A stretch of 32,000 bases of DNA from Synechocystis sp. PCC 6803 substr. PCC-P (lineage in GTDB: Bacteria > Cyanobacteriota > Cyanobacteriia > Cyanobacteriales > Microcystaceae): contig NC_017039.1 of the NCBI RefSeq assembly GCF_000284455.1, forward strand, positions 1,110,001-1,142,000. The letters run 5' to 3'. The notes beneath the pieces are model-generated. The model searched no databases, had not been told where the DNA came from, and worked only from the letters and a program-made list of their open reading frames with translations. Position numbers and translations under genes: made by a program. Below are positions 1 through 7,361 of this stretch, in pieces. Position 1 is the stretch's first letter, and every line of letters starts with the position of its first letter.

Positions 1-1299
1 CCTAACACCAATGATTGATGCATCAAAGAGACGCATCATTAGCTCTCGTGAACTGTATTTTTCGCAGAGACTTTTAGCCTTCTCTTCAAGAAGAGCGAGA
101 AATTCATCGACGGAATCATAACGATGTTGCGTTTGTCGCAACGATTCGACAAGATCACCGAAGTAAGGGAAAAGACGACGATATTCTTGCTTAAGATCTT
201 CCACCTTCCAGCTACTGTATCGTTCTTCAGATTCCCTAATAGTATCTTTAGACACTTCTATTGCATCACTAGCTGATCTTTTCTGGCACTCTTGAAGAAA
301 CTGAATTACTTCTCGTGGCCTCAAGAAAGTGCGTTTTACTATGTAATTAAAAGGTGCAATACCACCACGCATATCTCCCTCCTCAAATATCTCATCAACA
401 GATATATTATTAGGAAGTCGAGCATTGATCATATCTTTTAAAAGTTCTGGACTCCAAATTATTTCTTCTTCGATTGCTCTATGCTTATCTTTGTCATCAA
501 ATTGAAGACCTTGATAAATATCTGACCGAAGAAAAGTAATCACATGAATACCTTTTCCTGTAGCCAATGAATATTTATCATTTATTTCTTTAGTTGCTTT
601 AAGAAGTCCAATCATTAAACTTTTTGATACCTCTGAACCATCCCATGAGTCATCGAGGCGATCTATCGCAACTATAACACCAAGGTCATTACATACGGCA
701 TTTATCGCGTCGAGGAGCAAATCAATAACTTGAGGCGTTAACATTTGTTGCTGCTTGTCACGTTCGAATCCAATACCAAACCCAAAAGCTTCAAGATTGA
801 ATGCGTTCAAGCCTTTTAGTAATGTCCTTACAGTATTTGTTGGTGTTGGTGCATTCTCGCCAAAGTTATTTGTAACAAATTTACAGATACGATCTAATGC
901 CTTCCGAGCATTTTCGTCAAGCCTTTCAGGAGACACGTCTAACAAGACTGCTGAGGCATCAACTGCAATAGTAAATTTCCAAGCATTAGTATGAGCCTGT
1001 TCTAAAAGTAAGCCTTGCTCTTGGTAATCTTTCATTGCCCCCCAAGCATATTGATCTGGTGTCATTAAGCTTACTCGAACACTTTCTTTGTAGCGTTCCG
1101 TAGCCAATCGCAAGAGTTGAGTAAAGATTGCAGACTTTCCAGCTCCCTTTCGACCAAGAAAATGGGCACTACGAAAACGAAGAGATTGGTCTACCTGTGG
1201 TGTACTAATGAAGTAGTCCGCTAACCTCCGGTCAGCTTCTGCATCAACTGTGCCAAAATCTAAATCTTTAATAGTAAGACCTTTATCGGATAATTTCAT
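1..1299 (-). CDS. P-loop ATPase, Sll1717-like family; C-terminus runs off the window (partial)
   Basis: Not in the ORF track because no stop lies inside the window. Reverse-complement reading from ATG at 1297-1299 gives MKLSDKGLTIKDLDFGTVDAEADRRLADYFISTPQVDQSLRFRSAHFLGRKGAGKSAIFTQLLRLATERYKESVRVSLMTPDQYAWGAMKDYQEQG..., with Walker A GRKGAGKS. A Walker B-like segment follows (LGVIVAIDRLDDSWDGSEVSKSLMIGLLKATKEIN), then FLRSDIYQGLQFDDKDKHR and RPREVIQFL. The frame reads open at the window edge (...SSRELMMRLFDASIIGVR). Confidence 0.8.
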   Translation of the reverse strand, partial: MKLSDKGLTIKDLDFGTVDAEADRRLADYFISTPQVDQSLRFRSAHFLGRKGAGKSAIFTQLLRLATERYKESVRVSLMTPDQYAWGAMKDYQEQGLLLEQAHTNAWKFTIAVDASAVLLDVSPERLDENARKALDRICKFVTNNFGENAPTPTNTVRTLLKGLNAFNLEAFGFGIGFERDKQQQMLTPQVIDLLLDAINAVCNDLGVIVAIDRLDDSWDGSEVSKSLMIGLLKATKEINDKYSLATGKGIHVITFLRSDIYQGLQFDDKDKHRAIEEEIIWSPELLKDMINARLPNNISVDEIFEEGDMRGGIAPFNYIVKRTFLRPREVIQFLQECQKRSASDAIEVSKDTIRESEERYSSWKVEDLKQEYRRLFPYFGDLVESLRQTQHRYDSVDEFLALLEEKAKSLCEKYSSRELMMRLFDASIIGVR

Positions 1300-1439
1300 A
1301 TTGATTTCACTGAAAAATTGAAGAATTTACTGTCTTTGTAAGTGGTGCCCGCCGCATAACGCCAAGAGTCAGAAGCAGGTCGAAGTCTATGAAAAGACAG
1401 ATCGCGGCTGCTCTCGTCTTCTACATCTTGATATTAGCT

Positions 1440-2210
1440 CTAGTCCGCGGCCCTTGAATAATAAAAGCGATCTTCAATTGGAAGAACCTCACTCCCGTCG
1501 CTGAGCGTCATTTTACGATCAGTGCAGACTCGCATAAAGTGAATGCCAAATAAGGTGAGTGAGACATGAGCCTTAAAGCTCCTATTTCCATCTTGCATAT
1601 ACCATATACTAATCCTTGCTTCTTCATCGACCGGAGTGTCATCGTATTTATGGATTATCAAGAGGCCCAGACGCTCCAAGTTGTTCAGTGCAACGCTTAT
1701 CTGAACTATATTATATTTACGGGAGTCATTAGCATATGTGAATTCATCCGGTTTTGCCATTACTCTTAAGTGCAGAAGATATAGGACGTTCAACAGTTCA
1801 GCATCGACAATATCAACTTGTTTTAAGACTTCTACAAAAGACTTTGTTGAGTTAGTGCGATCAGATTCTGTTAAAGCAGAGGCAAGTAGGTTTGCCCAGA
1901 GGGTTTGCAGGTTTTCATCATCTTCGGAAAGTGCTGCACCCAGAAGTGGAAGACCAATCCGCAGAGGAAGACTAGAGATTTCTGGATTGCCCCGTTCAAT
2001 TAATATGCGATCCAACTTGTCGCGCAAATGAAGGGCATTGCTAATTTTCCAGTGTTCTGTGTATTGCTTGACAATGTCGCCCAGATCCTGAATCGCCGGA
2101 CCTATAATTTGAGAAATAAATCGAGACAGTTCAGATGTTTTGTCTATGGCATTACTGGTTGCCTTTGCAATCTCCTGCACTGCCTTTGCTGATTCCTCAA
2201 TCTCTGACAT
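1440..2210 (-). CDS. DUF4393 / Abi-alpha-like protein (256 aa)
   Basis: Intact ORF. N-terminal helical segment, then ...IGPAIQDLGDIVKQYTEHWKISNALHLRDKLDRILIERG..., then PLRIGLPLLGAALSEDDENLQTLWANLLASAL, which resembles DUF4393 (Abi_alpha) proteins from memory. Confidence 0.7.
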   Translation of the reverse strand: MSEIEESAKAVQEIAKATSNAIDKTSELSRFISQIIGPAIQDLGDIVKQYTEHWKISNALHLRDKLDRILIERGNPEISSLPLRIGLPLLGAALSEDDENLQTLWANLLASALTESDRTNSTKSFVEVLKQVDIVDAELLNVLYLLHLRVMAKPDEFTYANDSRKYNIVQISVALNNLERLGLLIIHKYDDTPVDEEARISIWYMQDGNRSFKAHVSLTLFGIHFMRVCTDRKMTLSDGSEVLPIEDRFYYSRAAD

Positions 2211-2327
2211 GGGTCTCCTGTTGGTAAGCTAGCTAAGGATTATACAGAAACTTTTCGTATATCACTCCCAAATAGAATGATTGTAAACAAGGTTTCCACA
2301 TAACGTTCCTAATGGCGATTGGCAATT

Positions 2328-2488
2328 CTATGACCTATCAGTTTCAAGTGAGTTCAAATCTTGTGGATGAATAGTTGTAATACCTGATATACCAATAAAG
2401 TTGCTTGGATTGAGGGTCAAAAGATGTGTAATTCTATTTGCAAGCATAATCGCATAACGACATTGGTATCAAGCAAATATCGCGTCAT
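2328..2488 (-). pseudogene. VapC-like PIN-domain toxin remnant with central deletion and frameshift
   Basis: ATG at 2488 overlaps the antitoxin TGA (ATGA). The frame gives MTRYLLDTNVVMR, typical of a PIN N-terminus, then goes out of frame to a stop (LCLQIELHIF*). The adjacent frame gives IMLANRITHLLTLNPSNFIGISGITTIHPQDLNSLETDRS*, typical of a PIN C-terminus. The central part, including most catalytic acidic residues, is missing. Confidence 0.8.
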
Positions 2489-2730
2489 TCTTCGTAAATA
2501 CTGTCGCGATCAAAAGCTTCGTCGGTTAAACTTGGGCTACCTTTAGCAAGTTGCGAAACCCATTCACGAAATTCTCTAGCCCTGTCGGATGGCGTTGCTT
2601 TTTGCCAAAATGGAAGAGACGATGCAACTTGTTTAGACTGAAACTCAATGAAAGCCATGAAATCAGCAATTTTTTCAACTTGCTCATCATTCAGTTCGTC
2701 TAATTTTTCTTTTAGATTTTCTCTCAGCAT
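2485..2730 (-). CDS. VapB-like/cyanobacterial small antitoxin (81 aa)
   Basis: MLRENLKEKLDELNDEQVEKIADFMAFIEFQ...SLTDEAFDRDSIYEE is a short acidic antitoxin-like protein. Its stop overlaps the start of the PIN remnant, as in a TA operon. Confidence 0.65.
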   Translation of the reverse strand: MLRENLKEKLDELNDEQVEKIADFMAFIEFQSKQVASSLPFWQKATPSDRAREFREWVSQLAKGSPSLTDEAFDRDSIYEE

Positions 2731-2785
2731 AGGTAGATTTTGAGAAAATAGATACTTTCCATCGTAACTGATAGGCTCTTAGCTC

Positions 2786-4504
2786 TTAAAACTTAAAGCT
2801 AGTCCTCAAAGCGGCTACCCAAAGGGGATCTCGGCCATTGGCGGGATTAATGCCAATCCAAAAGGCTGGGGTGAGGGAAATGTTATCGTTGAATTGGTAC
2901 AAATAAAAGGTTTCCACAAACCAAGGAGCATCGGTGGTAGCGGGAGTAATATCAGGCACATTATTGTTATTGCTGATAAAAGAAGCATAGGGAGGCTGGC
3001 CCACCGATACCACGCCCACATTACCTTCCTTACCCAAATCGGGAAAAGCTAAGCTAACTTTCCAGTTCCAAATGTCTGCTGTGTCCCCCTGGCGATCGCC
3101 ACTTTTGGCCGTCGCATCGCTATACATACCCCAACCCTCCAAACTAAACCAGTCGGCCAACTGCCAAGTCCAAATAACGGCATAGTGATTAGTACTACTA
3201 GCGGCGTCATCAAACGGATTATCAGTGTTGGCCAAGCCGGTGTAACCCAAAGCGGAAAAACTATCGTATTGCCCCTGGGGAATGTAGTTATGGAGGTAAG
3301 AAAAAGCCACTCCAGTGTTGGCGGCGGGGACATAATTCAACTGGGCCCCTACCCCAAACTGACCGTTAAATAGTCCTTCACTTTGATTGGGGGAAAAACC
3401 CTTACCGGCGGAATAAAAACCTCCCAAACTCAGGTCATCGGTGAAATTATAGGAAAAACCCGCCCCAGGGCCGGAATTGTCGTTGGGTAAATAAATGGGG
3501 GCGATCGCCCCGAAGAAAGACACTGCTCCATCGGTAAAGGAATTGGTGTAGGGAGCGAGGGGGTCCATGATGTCATCCATGGTGATGCGATTACCGGCTA
3601 GCCAGATGCGGGCCCGATCGCCGACCGGGAAACTGTACTGCATTTTATTGATGTTGACATTGCCCTGTTCTTCCGTGGCGGCAAAGTTAAAATCAGTCAA
3701 ATTACTGCCCCCCCGAGCCAGGAAAAAGTTGGCTGATTGTAGACGAATTAGGAGATTATCTTCCCCAGAAAAACTAGTATTAAAGTTAATCCGTTGACGG
3801 AAATTGACCGTAACTTCTCCATTTTGCACCGGTTGATCCGGTGGGCCATCGGCCTGTTCACTGCCTCCAACGCCGGATAAAACCCAAATGGAATCCCCCG
3901 TTAACTTAGTGGTGACGGAAAACTGGCGGTCTTCGAGGTAAGCAATGCGAGTTTCTAGGTTACCAATGCGGGTGTTATAGGCCTGTAATTCCTGTTCAAA
4001 TTGTTGAGCCAAAAGCTTGAGTTTATCAATGTCTTCCCGTAAAACCATCGCATTTTCTTGGATTAAACGCTCCATCACATTCATGCAAGCATTTAAGCCA
4101 GCAGCAAATTCCCAACGACTCAAAGGGCGGGCACGCAGTGTGCCTTCGGCATCGCCTCGGAAGGTACGGTCAGGATAGCCCACAATACAGCCATAACGCT
4201 CCACCAGACTTTGCAGAGCTTCATAAGCCCAGGCTGTGGGCTGCACATCCCGCAACTGATCAACACTGGTCGCTTGGCCCATGGTAGCTTGCAAGCTACT
4301 AACGGAGGTTTTGGCATTGTCGTTGACAGTGAAAGTACTTCCCAAGCGCCGCCGTTGAGGAAAATTATTCTGTGTAGATAAATTGTCTAAATTATTCAAG
4401 GATTGGGCGAAAATGGGCTCCGTATTGCCTCCCCCCACAATGGCTGTGATTAATACAGTAATCCCCAGGGAAGATAGGCAAGTAAACTGTTTAGTGAAGT
4501 TCAT
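2786..4504 (-). CDS. Cyanobacterial outer-membrane porin, SLH domain plus OprB-type barrel (iron-uptake porin family; Sll1271-like)
   Basis: Signal peptide, SLH-like segment (AYEALQSLVERYGCIVGYPDRTFRGDAEGTLRARPLSRWEFAAGLNACMNVM), coiled coil (LKLLAQQFEQELQAYNTRIGNLETRIAYLEDRQF), long beta-rich C-terminus ending in F (AALRTSFKF). Confidence 0.9.
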   Translation of the reverse strand: MNFTKQFTCLSSLGITVLITAIVGGGNTEPIFAQSLNNLDNLSTQNNFPQRRRLGSTFTVNDNAKTSVSSLQATMGQATSVDQLRDVQPTAWAYEALQSLVERYGCIVGYPDRTFRGDAEGTLRARPLSRWEFAAGLNACMNVMERLIQENAMVLREDIDKLKLLAQQFEQELQAYNTRIGNLETRIAYLEDRQFSVTTKLTGDSIWVLSGVGGSEQADGPPDQPVQNGEVTVNFRQRINFNTSFSGEDNLLIRLQSANFFLARGGSNLTDFNFAATEEQGNVNINKMQYSFPVGDRARIWLAGNRITMDDIMDPLAPYTNSFTDGAVSFFGAIAPIYLPNDNSGPGAGFSYNFTDDLSLGGFYSAGKGFSPNQSEGLFNGQFGVGAQLNYVPAANTGVAFSYLHNYIPQGQYDSFSALGYTGLANTDNPFDDAASSTNHYAVIWTWQLADWFSLEGWGMYSDATAKSGDRQGDTADIWNWKVSLAFPDLGKEGNVGVVSVGQPPYASFISNNNNVPDITPATTDAPWFVETFYLYQFNDNISLTPAFWIGINPANGRDPLWVAALRTSFKF

Positions 4505-4683
4505 TTTTTAAGTGATTTAGTTAACGAAAAAGTCAGACACTAGATGCAAATAAAAAATAGATGGTGGGGAGATTGATCAGTTACAGATTAACTAATAAAA
4601 GGATTGGCAAACTGACTTAATTGGTGGGGAAATTTATCAAATGCCTGGATAAACTAAGCATCACAGTTACCGCAGAAACCAAA

Positions 4684-6276
4684 CTAAGCCGTCGCTGCTT
4701 TAGCTTTTTTCTTGGCCCGGCCAATGGGGTCCATGTAATTTTCTAGCCATTTGAAGACGAAGGAAGAAATGGTGGTGAGAAGTAAGTACACCAGAGCGAC
4801 AGCAATGTACACTTCAAATGCTCGATAGGTGGTGGCCACAATTAACTGCCCTTCCCGGAATAGTTCCTGGAAGCCAATCACGGCGGTTAAACTGGTGTCT
4901 TTAATTAGGGTGATAAATTCGTTACCCAGGGGCGGCAAAATACGGCGAAAAGCTTGGGGAAAAATTACTTCCTTCATAGTCTGCCAAGGGGACATACCAA
5001 GGGATTCACAGGCCTCCCACTGGCCCTGATCAATGGATTGGATACCACCTCGAATAATTTCTGCTAGATAAGCGGCCACATTCAAACTGAGGGCAATAAT
5101 GGCCGCCGGGAACCGGTCAATGGTGATGCCCAAGCCAATTTCCTTGAACAGCGCCGGCAAACCGAAGTAGATGATGAATAGTTGCACCAACATGGGAGTA
5201 CCGCGGAAAAACTCCACGTAGATGCGAAATATCAGTTGTAGAGGCTTAATATCGGAAATCAAGGCGATCGCCACTCCGGTGCCACCGATTAAACCAAAGA
5301 AAACGGAAAAGGCGGTGAGGAGAACGGTGAGTATGGAACCTTTAAAGAGATTGCGGAACAGGGTGATGAGAAAGTTATCGTTGGGGTTAGCTTGACTGCG
5401 TTCGGTCAGGCTCTGGGCCGTGCCCACTTTACCCACCAGGGAAGGGGCTACTAGGGGGAGAAAGGGGGGATTTTTTTCGCCAAACCATTTTTCATAGATG
5501 GCGTTATAGGTGCCATTTTCAATAATTTGGAATAAACCTTGGTTGAGCACTTCCCTAGTTTGATTAATTTCCCCAGGAGGAGCCAGGGGCATGGCAATGC
5601 CGTAATAATCTTCACTGCCAACATCGGCACTAATTTTGACGTTTCTCAAACCTGCGTCTTTGATGGCGTAGAGCAATACTGGGCGGTCATTGATCACTGC
5701 ATCGGCGTTCCCGTTGACCAATTCCTGGAGAGCAGAGGTAATGGAATCAAAGTTGGTAACTTTAGCCCCAGGTACGTTAGTCGCTACCATCGCCCCAGTG
5801 GTACCGATCGCCACCGCTAATCTTTTCCCCTCCAAATCCTTCAGGTTTTTGATGGTGTCGTTGCCATCCTGCACGGCGATCGCCAGCACCGATTTAAAAT
5901 AGGGACTGGAAAAGGACACCGACTGGGCCCGCTCTGGGGTAATGGTAATGGCACTGATGGCCGCCCCCACCGTATTGGATTGCAAGGCGGGGATAATGCC
6001 GTCGAAGGGATAGCCCTGAATATCAACGGTGACCTGGGCCGCTTCTCCGATCGCCTGAATCAAATCCACATCAAAACCGGTTAATTGCCCCGTGGCTTCA
6101 TCGGTCATTTCAAAAGGAGGAAAGGTGGGTTCCGTGGCCACAATGATGGTTTGGCGGGAAACCTGGGAAAAGGCCGGTAATAACGGTATGGCGATCGCCA
6201 ACAGTACTCCCAAAGCCAGCAACAGATAATAACGCCAGGTTTTACCCCAATGGCCCAGTTTAACCATGCCCTTCAC
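4684..6276 (-). CDS. bgtB: Amino-acid ABC transporter, substrate-binding domain fused to permease (basic amino acid/glutamine transporter BgtB-like)
   Basis: SBP_bac_3 pattern (QTIIVATEPTFPPFEMTDEATGQLTGFDVDLIQAIGEAA) followed by a HisM/GlnP-type permease (GSILTVLLTAFSVFFG...YVEFFRGTPMLVQLFIIYFGLP...EACESLGMSPWQTMKEVIFPQAFRRILPPLGNEFITLIKDTSL). Confidence 0.92.
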   Translation of the reverse strand: MKGMVKLGHWGKTWRYYLLLALGVLLAIAIPLLPAFSQVSRQTIIVATEPTFPPFEMTDEATGQLTGFDVDLIQAIGEAAQVTVDIQGYPFDGIIPALQSNTVGAAISAITITPERAQSVSFSSPYFKSVLAIAVQDGNDTIKNLKDLEGKRLAVAIGTTGAMVATNVPGAKVTNFDSITSALQELVNGNADAVINDRPVLLYAIKDAGLRNVKISADVGSEDYYGIAMPLAPPGEINQTREVLNQGLFQIIENGTYNAIYEKWFGEKNPPFLPLVAPSLVGKVGTAQSLTERSQANPNDNFLITLFRNLFKGSILTVLLTAFSVFFGLIGGTGVAIALISDIKPLQLIFRIYVEFFRGTPMLVQLFIIYFGLPALFKEIGLGITIDRFPAAIIALSLNVAAYLAEIIRGGIQSIDQGQWEACESLGMSPWQTMKEVIFPQAFRRILPPLGNEFITLIKDTSLTAVIGFQELFREGQLIVATTYRAFEVYIAVALVYLLLTTISSFVFKWLENYMDPIGRAKKKAKAATA

Positions 6277-6614
6277 TCCTCATCGTTGGCGGTAGTTCCT
6301 TGGCATTTTCCCCCAAGGGGGATTATTGCGGCGGAGACCATCAACAAACTTAATAAACTTTTCATAACCTTGGTCAGTATTGTCGCAAAAGCAGACTAAA
6401 ACAGCATTGCAGAATACAGTTTTTCTAGGTTGGGCAGTGTGGGAAGGCAAATTGAGGCAATTTTGGCACAAAAGCAAACCCCCACAGAATCCTAAAATTC
6501 TCCGGGGGAAACGCATAGTTTCGAGTCTATGAAGCTTGCAACGAAGTCGATCGGTACGATAAGTTGGGTCTAATCGAAGGATTAATCACCGTTGGTTAAT
6601 AGGCTTACATCAGT

Positions 6615-6884
6615 CTAGTTAGCCGATACGGGCTCTTGCCGCAGGGCTTGAAAATAGTTGTCCCAAAATTGTTTTTGGGCATCGATCATCATTGTGGCGG
6701 ATTTTTCCTGGGCTTCCAGGTAGCTTTTGACCATTTCCTCTTGTAATTTCAAACTGGTTTCAAAGGTATCGGTCAATTTAATTTCAGCGGTGCCTTTGGG
6801 CAGGCTTTCCATCCAAGTGCTAAAAAATTTCTTTTGCCAGTCCAGTAACTGGGTTTGGTATTCTTCAAAAAACTGGGTGTTCAT
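6615..6884 (-). CDS. Small phasin-like protein (PhaP-like, 89 aa)
   Basis: MNTQFFEEYQTQLLDWQKKFFSTWMESLPKG...SLKLQEEMVKSYLEAQEKSATMMIDAQKQFWDNYFQALRQE: short amphipathic helical protein with repeated aromatic/QK residues. It resembles the cyanobacterial phasin as I recall it. Confidence 0.6.
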   Translation of the reverse strand: MNTQFFEEYQTQLLDWQKKFFSTWMESLPKGTAEIKLTDTFETSLKLQEEMVKSYLEAQEKSATMMIDAQKQFWDNYFQALRQEPVSAN

Positions 6885-7361
6885 AGGGCTAAAACCGCTA
6901 ATATCCCTAAACGTTCAAGGGTTTAAGGGGAAGCAGGGCGGTGCAGACCACTTCCAATGAATATCGGTATCGCACGTCTCCATTATAGTGATTGGCCTTG
7001 GCCTCCCCAGGGAAAAGTCCGGGGGAATATCACCAAAGTCTGACATCTTTTGCCCCCTTCTTTTCACTAGTCAACCCTAAAAGCTGAGCTTAGAAGCAGA
7101 AGCGGCGATCGCCAGTGGTTATCATGGACAATCTGTTCACTACGGTGATTAGAAATTGATGGCAAAGGGCAGATTAGTTTTCTGTCACTGTGTCAACTGT
7201 CCTTAACAATGCCCGATGGGGTAGGTGTAGAGTCTTGGCAGAGACCTTACACTACTCTAAAGTTAGCATCGCTGTTGTGAGCCTGGATTGCCGGAGTAAC
7301 TAATGGTGGTTATAGAAGGCGATCGGGCTTCTGTACTTTGAGCTAGCGTCGGCTAGCCTGG

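Noticed and set aside
755-994. Plus-strand ORF in the left island
   Set aside because: Antisense to the better supported minus-strand P-loop ATPase frame, with low-complexity composition and no family resemblance.
6280-6516. Minus-strand 78-aa ORF upstream of bgtB
   Set aside because: Composition looks non-coding, no recognisable motif, and it fits the upstream or leader region of bgtB.
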